Source: Acidobacteriota bacterium | Lineage (GTDB): Bacteria; Acidobacteriota; UBA6911; RPQK01; CBDAPI01 | Assembly: GCA_965198355.1 (NCBI GenBank) | Contig: CBDAPI010000016.1 | Span: forward strand, 150,262-214,261 | Direction: 5' to 3' | Length of the DNA stretch: 64,000 nt | Shown: positions 48,497 to 59,066 of the stretch, one piece after another | How positions within the stretch are numbered: the stretch's first letter is position 1 | Layout: each line of letters begins with the position of its first letter | Position numbers and translations under genes: made by a program | Notes under the pieces: model-generated | What the model was told of the DNA's origin: nothing | Seen by the model: the letters and a program-made list of their open reading frames with translations, nothing else | The model's database searches: none

Positions 48497-49798
48497 TCAT
48501 GAGGACCTTCTTGAAACCGGCTTTTCGAGGACGTAGGCCTCGACGTCCCCTACAGCGAATGCGCTGGCCGCCCGGGGCTCCCCGGTCAGCAGGGCCATCT
48601 CTCCCATGTACTGTCCTCTTCCGAGAACGGCCAACTCCTTAGCCGCGGTTCCTTCCTGGATCACGATACGTACCTTTCCTCGCTCGATGAAGAACATCGA
48701 TTCTCCCGAGGCTCCCTGGGTGAGAATTCGCTCTCCGGTACCAAAGGTGTAGAGCTTCATTTGGCGGGCAACCAGCTCTTTGCTTTGCTCCTTCAAACCC
48801 GAGAACAAATCGACGCTTTCAACGAAGCCGAGTCGCCTGTCGGGGGCCCGATGTACGGCTCGGCCAGAATCTCCTTCTCTACCCAGGCGTACGTTCTGAG
48901 TGGGAAGCGGCAGCGGCAGGCCGGCACGCAGCAGGCGATAGTAGAGGAGCGTGCAGAAGTTGTCCAGGATGGGCTCGCTGCGAGCGTAGTCTTTGATCCA
49001 GAAGCGGCACCTGTACTGGAGCGAATACTCGTCGTATTCGTGGGTCAGTACATCCGGATCAGGAGTTTCCAGAGATTCGGGCATGTCTGCAAAGACTTGC
49101 GTGACCGCTGTCTTGAAGTCGTTGGGGTGGATCTTGTGTCCCATCCGCACGATCTTTTCCAGGCGCTGCTCCGTGGTCGGCTGGGAGTAATTGATGATGC
49201 CCTCCTCAGCGATGACGCTATTCGGAATGATCACAAAGTTGCCGGCCTTGGTACAAATCTTGGTGGCTCGCCAGGTCGCTTCCTGAACTTGTCCTTCATG
49301 GTCTCCCAAAACCACCCAGTCCCCCACACGAAACGGTTTCTCACTCTGCAGGGCCAGGCCTGCGAACAGATTACCCAGCGTGTCCTTGAGGGCGATGCCA
49401 ATGACTACCGAACCCGCCACTCCCAAAGCCAGGAGTTGCTCTGAGAATTTGAAGAGCACGAAGATTATAGGGCCGGCCAGCACCAGGACATCCTGCACGA
49501 TGGACGGCCAGCGGTCGGAAGCACCCTGCCCCCGCACGGGATTGAACAGGATGGCTACCAGGGCGTTCAGAGTAGCCACAGCCACACTGAAATGGACCAC
49601 CTGAAAGGCTACCGAAAAGACTGCATCTGAGAGCTCGAGTACAAAAGCCGCGACCAGGTAGAAGCAGGCGCCGAGAAGCAAGACCACGCTGCTGAAAAGC
49701 AGCCGTCGCCTGATCCAGCGGTTAGGAGTCAACCCCATCAGGACCAGGAAGAAGATGGCAGCGACCAGATAGGCGTTCGGATGTAGAATCCAGCTCAA
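48497..49798 (-). CDS. MscS-family mechanosensitive channel fused to a C-terminal cyclic-nucleotide-binding domain; apparent 1-nt frameshift in a TTTT run near 48515-48525 (true end probably at 48341)
   Basis: MscS core (LKDTLGNLFAGLALQSEKPFRVGDWV) and cNMP-binding motifs (FGTGERILTQGASGESMFFIERGKVRIV). The protein-like C-terminal tail (...KEVLDEKKEELGSELLARQAAQKNLLSRIQDFFGL*) continues in the neighbouring frame. Confidence 0.75.
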   Translation of the reverse strand: MSWILHPNAYLVAAIFFLVLMGLTPNRWIRRRLLFSSVVLLLGACFYLVAAFVLELSDAVFSVAFQVVHFSVAVATLNALVAILFNPVRGQGASDRWPSIVQDVLVLAGPIIFVLFKFSEQLLALGVAGSVVIGIALKDTLGNLFAGLALQSEKPFRVGDWVVLGDHEGQVQEATWRATKICTKAGNFVIIPNSVIAEEGIINYSQPTTEQRLEKIVRMGHKIHPNDFKTAVTQVFADMPESLETPDPDVLTHEYDEYSLQYRCRFWIKDYARSEPILDNFCTLLYYRLLRAGLPLPLPTQNVRLGREGDSGRAVHRAPDRRLGFVESVDLFSGLKEQSKELVARQMKLYTFGTGERILTQGASGESMFFIERGKVRIVIQEGTAAKELAVLGRGQYMGEMALLTGEPRAASAFAVGDVEAYVLEKPVSRRSS

Positions 49799-49874
49799 GC
49801 TGACACCCCGGATCTGTACTCAAGAAGTTTCATGATCGTCCTTCGATCATGGTAGGGAAAAGCTACGGGGATTT

Positions 49875-51497
49875 CTACTTCGCAGTGAGTTCGTAGACTC
49901 CATCCCAGTCTGCCGCTGGCGGAGAGTCGCCGAAACTCCGGCAGCGATCCCGGTAGACCAGTGCGACACTGTCCTCTGGAAAAGTCTTCAGGTGCTTGTC
50001 CAACAGCCTCCCTGCCCTCGCCCAGTCGTGACTCGTATAGGACTCGAGAATTTCATTGAAGGACTCCACCATCTCCCGAGCCTGATCCGGGGTCTGTCCG
50101 TCATCACCGCCAACAATTTCGTAGACCCTGACGGGTTGAGCACGCCCCAGGACTCGAAGGAGATCCAGCTGCCTGGTCAGGAAGTGATCCCTCACCATCT
50201 CCTCCGTAAACTCACTGATCATGATCGCAGTCCCAAACGCCTTGTTAGCCCCCTCCAAGCGGGATGCCAAATTCACAGCATCCCCAATCACCGTGTATTC
50301 CATTCGCTCGTGGTGACCCAGGTTTCCCGCGATCATGATCCCCGTATTGAGGCCGTAGCGGGTTCGGAATCCGCCCCCCATTCTCTCCACCTCGCGACTC
50401 ATTTCGAGGGCGGACTGACAGGCCAGAATCGAGTGGCGCTCGTTTTGGAGGGGAGCTCCCCAGATCGCCATAATGGCATCCCCTATATACTTGTTGATCA
50501 TGCCGTCTCGCTGCATGATCACGTCACCCATTCTCGTAAAGTACTCATTGAGACGAGCGGACAGCTCATGCGGAGTGATCTTCTCAGAGATCTTCGAGAA
50601 GCCGGCGATGTCGGAAAACAGGACGGTCGCTTCCACCTCCACACCCCCCAGCTCCAGCTTGGCAGGGTCTTTCATGATGGTGTTGATGACGTCTTTCGAC
50701 ACATAACCACTCAGCATCTGCTCGATCTGTTGCCGCTCTTTTTCGGTCGTCCGATATTGATAGACGGTGTTCATCGCGACAGCGAGAAGTCCCACCAAAA
50801 AAGGCTGGAAGCCCAAAACCCAGTAGTCAAAACGGATGAACGCCAGCCAGGTCACTGCCAGAAAACCAAATAGAAGAAGCAGGGACCAGAGGATCTTGTC
50901 CCGGATCGTCGAGAATACCAGCATCAATGTCGAGGCCGCCGCACCCAGGGCCAAGACCACAATCAGAACGGCAGTACGGGGTGCCTTCCCAATAAACCGC
51001 TGCCGGTTGAGGGTATGGAATATGTTGGCATGGACCTCGGCACCAGGGATCTGCTGGCTGCCGCCCAGGAAATCGAAGGGTGACGTGAACATGTCAGCTC
51101 CACCCGATTGAGCCATCAGATCATGGACCGATTCGGAACGGCCGACAAAGACGATCTGATCCTGAAAGATACCCTCCGGCAGTGATTCTTCGTATGTCAG
51201 CGCCTGATGAAAGCTCACTGTCTTTATGGCCTGCGCCTGGCCGACGTAGTTGATCAGAATCTCCGGGTCGTCTTCTTCTGAGGCAACTACCGGAACATTC
51301 TCCAGGTCAAGTTGTCCACTCAGCTGCGTGTGGAGCGCCAGGGCCAGAGTGGGCTCACCTCCGACGGTCAAGCGGGCATGTCGCACCACGGAATCCCGGT
51401 CAGGGTTGACTACAGTGTAGGCGTGGCTGGCCCCTGCCTCGGTCAAACTCTCCAGAGGTAGAACTTCCTGCTGAAAGGAGTAGGCCGCAGTAACCAC
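49875..51497 (-). CDS. class III adenylate/guanylate cyclase with CHASE2-type sensor region and 3 TM helices (start uncertain, possible GTG at 51497; N-terminal TM1/first half of CHASE2 apparently absent)
   Basis: Cyclase domain (VLFSDIAGFSKISE..., YIGDAIMAIWGAP). The upstream in-frame region overlaps opcA and is low-complexity R/G/S. Confidence 0.65.
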   Translation of the reverse strand: MVTAAYSFQQEVLPLESLTEAGASHAYTVVNPDRDSVVRHARLTVGGEPTLALALHTQLSGQLDLENVPVVASEEDDPEILINYVGQAQAIKTVSFHQALTYEESLPEGIFQDQIVFVGRSESVHDLMAQSGGADMFTSPFDFLGGSQQIPGAEVHANIFHTLNRQRFIGKAPRTAVLIVVLALGAAASTLMLVFSTIRDKILWSLLLLFGFLAVTWLAFIRFDYWVLGFQPFLVGLLAVAMNTVYQYRTTEKERQQIEQMLSGYVSKDVINTIMKDPAKLELGGVEVEATVLFSDIAGFSKISEKITPHELSARLNEYFTRMGDVIMQRDGMINKYIGDAIMAIWGAPLQNERHSILACQSALEMSREVERMGGGFRTRYGLNTGIMIAGNLGHHERMEYTVIGDAVNLASRLEGANKAFGTAIMISEFTEEMVRDHFLTRQLDLLRVLGRAQPVRVYEIVGGDDGQTPDQAREMVESFNEILESYTSHDWARAGRLLDKHLKTFPEDSVALVYRDRCRSFGDSPPAADWDGVYELTAK

Positions 51498-51523
51498 ATT
51501 TTCGGGCGTTTCATTGGCTGATC

Positions 51524-52612
51524 CTATAGGAGCCTGGAGGTGAAGGCGAGAGCTTCTTGGAACACTTGATCCTTCCCCGGGATCTCGAGTTCCCCCGCCA
51601 GCAGATCGATCTCTTGCTGCGAAGTCCCTGGAAGGATCTGGTGGCTTAGCCGCCGGCCCCGGCGCTCTACCCGGGTTTCCAGAAAACTTCCGTTTGTATC
51701 GTGCCGTGCCAGCTCCACAGCCAGGTGACCAGCATTGGAAAACCGCATCCGGCAAAGCCCCTTGCCAGGCCTGCGATGAAGTTCGATCGCCACATCCGCA
51801 CTGGCTGTGTGACCATCCAACCGGTATCCAAAGTCTGTCTCGACAAGGGAAGACCGAAGCTCCCAGTTCAATCGACTTGCCAGCCAGGACAGCAAATAGA
51901 CCACTTCGTTGGGAAGATGCGCCCGCGCTCCGAACTCGAGACGGATCCCGGTGGGCCTGGTCAAAACCGCCCGGGTCAGACCAGAGTCGTAAAGACCTGC
52001 CAGGGCACGCCTCCACACCTGGAGTCGAGCCCAGGCCAGATCGCTGAGTGTCAGATCCTCCGCGCTCGCCATGAGTTGCGACAGAGCAAGCAAATCGTCA
52101 GCTCCCGTGCGGGTCGTATCGACAACAAGGCGATCCGAAATCCTGGCGAGCTGCCGCAAGAGTGCGGAATCGAGGTCAATTCTTCGACACCACCAGAGAA
52201 AAACCGGGAGATCAGGCACCAGCAATGGGGGCACTACGGAAGCACCTCGATCAGCGGCTTCCCCATGGACCACGATCCGAATGATCTGACCACAGATCTG
52301 CTTCCGCCCCCCGGGCTGCCTCTGGCAGTGGGCCGAGACACGGGCCTCGAAGCCGTCACGAGAAGACTTTTCATCGGTGAGGAGGAGAATGAGCCGGCCT
52401 GGCTGGCTTTCGCCGGAAGCCGCAAGATCCGACGCGAGTGTCTCAACTTCTTCATCCAGGGTCGCGCAAACGACCAGGTTGACGACGCAGGCTCGGAGAA
52501 CCTCTTCATCATTTCCCTCCGTTTCCTGCGCGATTTGGCTCCACAGTGCCTTGAGTTCCGATTCGACCTGGAGAGGATCGAGCTTCTGCGTTAGTGGAGA
52601 TTCGACCATCAT
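51524..52612 (-). CDS. opcA: OpcA-like glucose-6-phosphate dehydrogenase assembly protein (start uncertain)
   Basis: Position immediately downstream of zwf, and size. The family call rests on context, and is less certain than the ORF itself. Confidence 0.5.
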   Translation of the reverse strand: MMVESPLTQKLDPLQVESELKALWSQIAQETEGNDEEVLRACVVNLVVCATLDEEVETLASDLAASGESQPGRLILLLTDEKSSRDGFEARVSAHCQRQPGGRKQICGQIIRIVVHGEAADRGASVVPPLLVPDLPVFLWWCRRIDLDSALLRQLARISDRLVVDTTRTGADDLLALSQLMASAEDLTLSDLAWARLQVWRRALAGLYDSGLTRAVLTRPTGIRLEFGARAHLPNEVVYLLSWLASRLNWELRSSLVETDFGYRLDGHTASADVAIELHRRPGKGLCRMRFSNAGHLAVELARHDTNGSFLETRVERRGRRLSHQILPGTSQQEIDLLAGELEIPGKDQVFQEALAFTSRLL

Positions 52613-52619
52613 AGACCGG

Positions 52620-54155
52620 CTAGGGACGCCTCCATCGATGCTGATCGCGGGCGATCCATGAATCGGCTTCCTCGGGGCCCCATGAGCCCGCCTCGTAGTT
52701 AGGAAAGCGGACACCCGGACTCTCCTCCCAAACCTCCAGAAGGGGCATTACCAGTTGCCAGGAAGTCTCCACCATGTCACCCCTTGCAAACAAGGTGGCG
52801 TCACCAATCAGGGAATCCAGAAGCAGGCGCTCATAGGCAGGCGGCGAGGAACGGCCAAAGGAACTTCCATAGTCGAAGTCCATGCTGACATTCCGAATCC
52901 TGATCGCCTGGCCGGGAATCTTGGCCTTAAAGCGCAGAGTGATCCCTTCGTCGGGTTGAATCCGCACAACCAGCACATTCGGGTCTGTGAGAATACCGGT
53001 GCCCTGCCGAAACAGGAGGTGAGGGGCCCGCTTAAACTGGATCGCCACTTCGGTCACCTTCCTGGGCAGTCTCTTACCGGTACGCAAATAAAACGGGACG
53101 CCGGCCCATCGCCAGTTGTCCACCAGGAGCCGGATGGCAGCATAGGTAAGCGTAACAGACGCCGTATCGACGTGCGCTTCCTCTCTATAACCCCCAACAG
53201 GCTCTCCGGCGATTGCCCCGGGCCCGTATTGTCCCGGTAGGGCCGCCGTTGCGACCTCTTCATGCTTGATCGGCCGGATTGAACGGGCCACTTTGGTCTT
53301 CTCGTCGCGAATCGCATTCGAATCCAACGAGACAGGAGGTTCCATGGCGATGAGGGAGAGAACCTGCAAGAGATGGTTCTGGATCATGTCTCGAACGGCA
53401 CCCGACTGATCGTAGTAGGCACCGCGGCTTCCAATCCCTATGCTTTCGGCAGCGGTAATCTGTACGTGGTCAACATACTGCTGGTTCCAGAAGGGCTCGA
53501 AGATTCCGTTGGCAAAACGCAGGACCATGATGTTCTGGACGGTCTCCTTGCCCAGGTAATGATCGATGCGATAGACCTGGTCCTCTTCGAAGACTTCGAG
53601 TACCTTGCGGTTCAGTGCCACCATGCTTGCCAGGTCTCGGCCGAACGGTTTCTCGACAATCAAACGGGTCCATCCAGTGGACCTGTTCAGCCCGGCTTCA
53701 CCGAGTGCCTCTGTAATGGGACCGTAGCCGGAGGGAGGGACCGCCAGGTAAAAGAGACGATTTCCCGAGGTGCCCGACGAATCGTCCAGCTCCTGGAGCT
53801 GCGAGCCGAGTTTTCGAAAGCTGGCGGCGTCCTCCGCTTCGGCCCGGACATAGATCAAATCTTCCAGAAAGCTCTCCAGTAGCTCGCTCTCGGACGGGCC
53901 TACCGAAGCGAACTCCGCCAGTGCACTTCTCATGGAGTCCCTGAATGCCTCGTCCGTCAGATCGGATCGGGAGGTTCCAATCACCCGAAAACACTGGGGC
54001 AAAAGTCCCTGGCGAGCCAGGTTGAAAAGGCCCGGCATCAACTTGCGTCGGGTCAAATCCCCGGTGGCACCGAAGATCACGACAGCACAGGGAGCAGGCC
54101 GCGGCTGCAGGCGCAGCCCATCAGTCAAGGGATTGTCGAGGCTGTCGAAGTTCAT
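52620..54155 (-). CDS. zwf: glucose-6-phosphate 1-dehydrogenase
   Basis: VIFGATGDLTRRKL NADP motif. ...HYLGKE..., RIDHYLGKETVQN. Start chosen at MNFDSLDNPL. Confidence 0.9.
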   Translation of the reverse strand: MNFDSLDNPLTDGLRLQPRPAPCAVVIFGATGDLTRRKLMPGLFNLARQGLLPQCFRVIGTSRSDLTDEAFRDSMRSALAEFASVGPSESELLESFLEDLIYVRAEAEDAASFRKLGSQLQELDDSSGTSGNRLFYLAVPPSGYGPITEALGEAGLNRSTGWTRLIVEKPFGRDLASMVALNRKVLEVFEEDQVYRIDHYLGKETVQNIMVLRFANGIFEPFWNQQYVDHVQITAAESIGIGSRGAYYDQSGAVRDMIQNHLLQVLSLIAMEPPVSLDSNAIRDEKTKVARSIRPIKHEEVATAALPGQYGPGAIAGEPVGGYREEAHVDTASVTLTYAAIRLLVDNWRWAGVPFYLRTGKRLPRKVTEVAIQFKRAPHLLFRQGTGILTDPNVLVVRIQPDEGITLRFKAKIPGQAIRIRNVSMDFDYGSSFGRSSPPAYERLLLDSLIGDATLFARGDMVETSWQLVMPLLEVWEESPGVRFPNYEAGSWGPEEADSWIARDQHRWRRP

Positions 54156-54159
54156 CCCC

Positions 54160-55602
54160 TCAAGTTCCCGGTCCCGTTTCTTCGTCCCAGCTGGTGTGGA
54201 CAGGCTCGCCTTCCGGGTCATCGATCCGCTGGTACCGATGGGCTCCGAAGTAATCCCGTTGCGCCTGGGTCAGGTTCAAGGGCAGTGTGGAGGATCGAAA
54301 GGCGTCGAAATAGGCCAGGCTGGCCGACATCGCCAGGGCTGGGAGCCCTGCCTGTCGGGCCTGCGTGACCAGGCCTCTCCAATTCTCCTCGAGACCCAGC
54401 ATCAAGGCCGTGATGCGGGAATCGAGAAGCAGGTTCGGGATAGTGGGCGTGGCCAGAAAGACCTCCCTGATGTCGTCCAGAACCCGTGCCCGGATGATGC
54501 AGCCTGCTTTCCAGACCCGACATACTTCAGCCGGGTCGATGTCCCAATCGTGCTCCCTTGAACCTGAGCAAATGACCGACATTCCCTGGGCAAAGCTGCA
54601 GATCTTGGAGGCGTAGAGAGCTGCCTCGAGCTGCTTCAAGACCGTCTCCTGGGCAGAGTCCAACCTCCCCTGGGGCGGCGACATGGAACGGGCAGCCTCC
54701 ACACGCTGCTCTTTGATAGCAGAAAGAAAGCGGGCATCGAGTGCTGCCGCGATGGTAGGGACGGGCACCCCCAGGTCCAGCGCGGATTGCGCCGTCCACT
54801 TCCCTGTTCCTTTTTGCCCGGCCCGGTCGAGAATCATCTCCACCAGAGGGTTCCCGGTCTTCGCGTCCTCGACCTGCAGAATCCGAGCTGTAATTTCTAC
54901 CAGATAAGAGGAGAGCCTTTCCAGGTTCCATTTCTCAAAAACCCCGGCGATGCAACGGGCCTCCATCCCCAGACCTCGGCTCATCACTTCATAGGCCTCG
55001 GCAATCAACTGCATGTCGCCGTATTCGATTCCATTGTGGACCATCTTGACGAAGTGGCCGGCGCCACCGCGGCCGATGTAAGTCACACAGGGACCTGCAT
55101 CAGAGACCGCTGCGATCTTCTCCAGCGCCGGCTGCAGTTGCTGCTCGTACACCAGGCGATCTCCCCCGGGCATCAGGGAGGGACCGAAACGGGCCCCTTT
55201 CTCACCCCCGGAAATACCCACGCCAAAGAAATGAACGCCCTTTGGGCCGGCCAGTTGCTGGCGTCGCTCAGTGTCCTCGAAGTGAGAGTTTCCTCCGTCG
55301 ACCACGACGTCCCCGGGCTCCAGGCAGGGAAGAAGGCTCTCCAGGGTGGCGTCTACCGGGCTTCCCGCTTTGATCATCATCAGAATTCGGCGGGGACGAT
55401 CAAGGGCGCCAACCAGTTCCGGAAAGCTCTTGGTACCGATCATCCCTCGGCCCCGTCCCTCCTGATCCAGGAAAGCGTCGGTCCAATCGCTCTCCAGGTT
55501 CCAAACGGCCACTGAAAAGCCCTGGTCCGCAAGGTTCAGGACCAGGTTGCGGCCCATCACTCCCAGGCCGATCATTCCAAGATCCGCCTTTTCGCCATTC
55601 AT
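54160..55602 (-). CDS. gnd: 6-phosphogluconate dehydrogenase (decarboxylating)
   Basis: MIGLGVMGRNLVLNLADQGF Rossmann fold. ...GHFVKMVHNGIEYGDMQLI. Confidence 0.9.
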   Translation of the reverse strand: MNGEKADLGMIGLGVMGRNLVLNLADQGFSVAVWNLESDWTDAFLDQEGRGRGMIGTKSFPELVGALDRPRRILMMIKAGSPVDATLESLLPCLEPGDVVVDGGNSHFEDTERRQQLAGPKGVHFFGVGISGGEKGARFGPSLMPGGDRLVYEQQLQPALEKIAAVSDAGPCVTYIGRGGAGHFVKMVHNGIEYGDMQLIAEAYEVMSRGLGMEARCIAGVFEKWNLERLSSYLVEITARILQVEDAKTGNPLVEMILDRAGQKGTGKWTAQSALDLGVPVPTIAAALDARFLSAIKEQRVEAARSMSPPQGRLDSAQETVLKQLEAALYASKICSFAQGMSVICSGSREHDWDIDPAEVCRVWKAGCIIRARVLDDIREVFLATPTIPNLLLDSRITALMLGLEENWRGLVTQARQAGLPALAMSASLAYFDAFRSSTLPLNLTQAQRDYFGAHRYQRIDDPEGEPVHTSWDEETGPGT

Positions 55603-57414
55603 CGAGGCTGATTATGAAGGTCTCCGATTTCAGATTCCAGATTGCAAATCCCTCGTGGTTCTCGCGGAAGGAGAACAGGTCTTCATCCTGCGTGAAGTCG
55701 TATCTCGTCACAAACGTGATCTGACGACCGACGAACTGGTTCCACTCGATTCCGGCTCCGTAGAGCTTCCCCTCGAAGAGCACAGGTCGAAGATGACCTG
55801 ATATATTGACGGACTCTGCATGGGGGATCTCCCGGTCGCGACGGAAGGCCGTGGCGCGAAGAAAGGTCTTTCGGCCGATTCTCTGATCCCAGCCCAGGTT
55901 GTAGCTCCAGGAACGAGACAATTCGATCTCGTTGAGGGTGGAGAGAAACCCATTGATGTGCACGGGCACCAGGCGTTCTCTGGTGAACGCGCCGCCGCTG
56001 CCTCCCGAAACGAGTGGCTGGCGAGAACGCATGACCGCTGCCCGCAGGGTTGTCGACTCCACGGGGTTGTACAGCACACCGACCTGAGGATTCAGGCGCC
56101 AATCGGATTCATTCACTCCGGGAATTTCGTTTTCGGAGGTCGTCCCCTCCAGGTTGTCGTTAGTTCCAATGAATACGTTGTCATCGTTCGACCACTCGTA
56201 GTTGAGCCCGCCGGTCAGGATCAGGTTGGAGCGGGCGTGGTAGTTGCTGTGAAAAAAGACCGTGCGGTAGCTGAGGTCCTGCCTGTCCCGAATATGAAAT
56301 GTACGGGATCCCTCTGGATCGACTCCACGGTACAGGTAGTGTTTGAAATTCCGGCGACCCTCGAAAAAATCCACCCCGTACTTGAAATCGAAATCATCCA
56401 CCTTTAGGTAATGAGCCGCCTGAAAGGTCAGATTGGGGGTCTTCAACGATGCTCGCTGATGAAAAAAGCGGTCAAATGGTCGGCTAAAAAACGCATCCAG
56501 ATCGTCATTGACGATCTCGCTAGTGCGCCCGGCGAAGTAGAACATCAGTTCGGAGCCGGGTCGAAGACGGTGGTGATAACCGACTCCCACGCGGCTCGTC
56601 CGGGTGAAGGTGCTCTTATCGGGATCGAGTGTCTCATCCGTGATCAGGATTTGCCCCACATCGCCCAGCCGCCGCTGCTGCTGAGCGTAGCTGACCAGGA
56701 GATCACTGTGAGGGTTCAGGGCAAACTTGAAATTGTTCGATGTCGTGTAGGTTTTTTCCCCGTCATTCCCGTCCCGAAAGCCTGCGGTTTTGTCGTACGT
56801 AAAGACTGAACCGTAGGCAAAGCGGCTGGTCCCGCCCGAGGCTACCAGCTGGCCCAGAACGTTGTCGAAACTCCCGTAGTTGCCCGCCGCCGTCCAGTTC
56901 ATGTGAGGCCGCTCATAGAGTGTCGTGTAGTCGTTGAAGGCATTGAAGGAGTTGGCGTTGACGGGCTGTAGAAGCTTGGCTACGAGCAGTTCTGAGCCGG
57001 CGGCCCCGGTTCGGCCGGGCAGATTCAGGAAGGTGTTGGCCAGGAACAGATGAGCTGAGCTGTTGGTCGGATCATCCAGATTAGAGAGTACCGCTTCCAG
57101 GTTGGCCCACTCCGAAAGACCCAGACGGTTGTAGGCCGTGGCCAGCTGGACGTTTCGGGTGGCCCGGTCTTCATCCAGGACAAAACGACTGCGATAGACG
57201 GCCCGCTTGTCGTTCAGGCGTATCGAGTCCTGAAAGTGGTCCACTGCCACTCCGGGGCGATTCAGATCATTCTGGAAGATGCCCGAGTACAGATGAGGAG
57301 TGGGATCGCGCGGATCCAGCTCCTCAGCGGCGGCCAGGGCGCTGAAGGCCTGCTCGAATTTGCGCTCTTCGTAAAAAGCCTTACCCAGGTAGCTGTGGTA
57401 AATGGAAAGCCTAG
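55603..57414 (-). pseudogene. TPR-containing outer-membrane beta-barrel-like protein gene, 5' end severed by IS1380 copy D (IS-derived pseudo-N-terminus MGHFSSPFSTADYGS); 3' end unclear (ORF runs 200 nt into gnd in another frame)
   Basis: The reading frame continues from the IS end. The original 5' end continues beyond the IS at 59067-59150 on the minus strand (…MAVFPSLVPPLTSKTSSPSPSLISWT…; no clear start or signal peptide). Beta-strand-rich C-terminal two thirds. Confidence 0.5.
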
Positions 57415-59066
57415 CCCGGATTATGCAAGAACCGTAATCCGCTGTTGAAAAAGGGCTCGAGAAGTGGCCCAACTCGGAAGCGGGCAGTTGTGACAGGCGG
57501 ATTTGCGAAGAATATCGGTTGGCGAGGCGTTTGAGTGGTTGGGGGAGTGAATTTCAGACAGATCTGGGCCTGGATGAGTGTCGGAAGCGGTTTTTCGGGG
57601 AACTGGGAGAAGCTAGCTGGAGTTCAGGCGACTCAAGACGAGGTGAAAGAGGGGTTGTTCGGGAAAGGCTGAGGAAAGATGGACCCAGATGCGTCGAGTG
57701 GTTTGTCGGATCCGGGCCCCGATCTTGAGGACACGACGACGTAAGGTTTCGATTTCGAGCTTGTGCCAGGGGGTTCCGTGCAGATAGTCGCGCAGGCGCA
57801 CGAACATCTGGTAAGCCAGTGCATGCAGGAGGAGTCGAAACTGGTTGGCCAGGAATCGATGACAGCTGAGTCGGTCCATGCTCAGATGATTCTTAAAGGC
57901 CTTGATGAAGTTCTCGGTCTGCCCTCGGTCGGTGTAGTGGTCATAAAGTGATTGGGAGCAGAGATCGTCCCGGTTGGTGACCACAAAGCGACGATTGATC
58001 CCGCGCTGATCGACCTCCACTTTGACAATGACGCGACGGGATCGATCCCAGCTGTTGGCTCGATAAAGAAACTCGTCAAACTGACGCTGTTTTTCCTCCC
58101 GCTCAACGAACCTTTCCCGAGTCGAATCCAGCAGGGGCTCGACCACTCGCTGCAGGCGAGGGTTGCGACTTAACCCAATGACATATTGGAGTTGATTCTC
58201 TTCACCTTCACAGAACTCGTAGAGCCGAGGCGTGGCAAAGCCGCTGTCGGCCCGAATCTCAATCTCGACATCCGTCCCCACTGCTTGTCGGATGGCCTCC
58301 ACGACGCGCTTCAGAATGGGCACGATGTGAGAGGCAGCCCCCTTGTTGCCAAGGTCTCAACACGGCACAGACCAGGTCTCCCGTGGCGGCATCGAAGATC
58401 AGCAAAGGATGCAGAATGTGGTTTCGGTAAATACCCGTGGTAGAAGGCGAACTCCTGTTGGCCGTGAGTGTGGTCGTCGGTACTGTCCAGATCCAGGATG
58501 ATCTTGGCGGGACGTCTCTTCTTCAGGGAGCGCACATAACGGCGTAGCAGCCACCGGCTCAGACGCATCAGATCCTTCTTGGTGACGGAGTTCTCCAAGC
58601 GGGAGAAAGTCGGCTGGGTGGCCAAATCGGGATCGCTCTCGGGCAACTGATCACAGACTGTCTTGAGCATCGGATCCGAGCGCAGCGTATCGGCGTCATT
58701 ACAGTCTTCGTAGCCGGCCACGATCTGCAACACTCGTTGTCGGATCAACTTCAACAGGTCATGACGAATGTAGCGTCGGTCCCGGCTTTCCGCAATACAC
58801 GAACTGAAGCCCTCGCACAATCGATGTTGCCGATCCAGCGATCCAAACAACAACCATCCTGCGTCGGAAGTCAGACTCCCCTCATCAAAACGAGCTGTGA
58901 TGTCTCTGTGGCTGTGAAATGGCAGGGTATTCTGGCAGACTGTTTTCAACATAGCCGTAGCTCCTGTTTAGGGTTGTTTTTATGTAAACCCTTTTATATC
59001 AGAGAGCTACGGCTTTTTTTCTGGACCCAAATCTCACTCGGATTCAGATCTCTTGCATAATCCGGG
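57415..59066 (-). mobile_element. IS1380-family element, copy D, degenerate (SNPs and two 1-bp insertions), TSD CTAG (57411-57414 / 59067-59070)
   Basis: Aligns to copies A-C. Extra A at ~58345 (gccaAggtctc) and ~58421 (ggtaAatacc). Confidence 0.9.
57613..58952 (-). pseudogene. IS1380 transposase inactivated by two frameshifting 1-bp insertions
   Basis: Split into ORFs 58311-58952 and 57613-58323. Also substitutions (FDEGSL versus FDGGSL). Confidence 0.85.
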
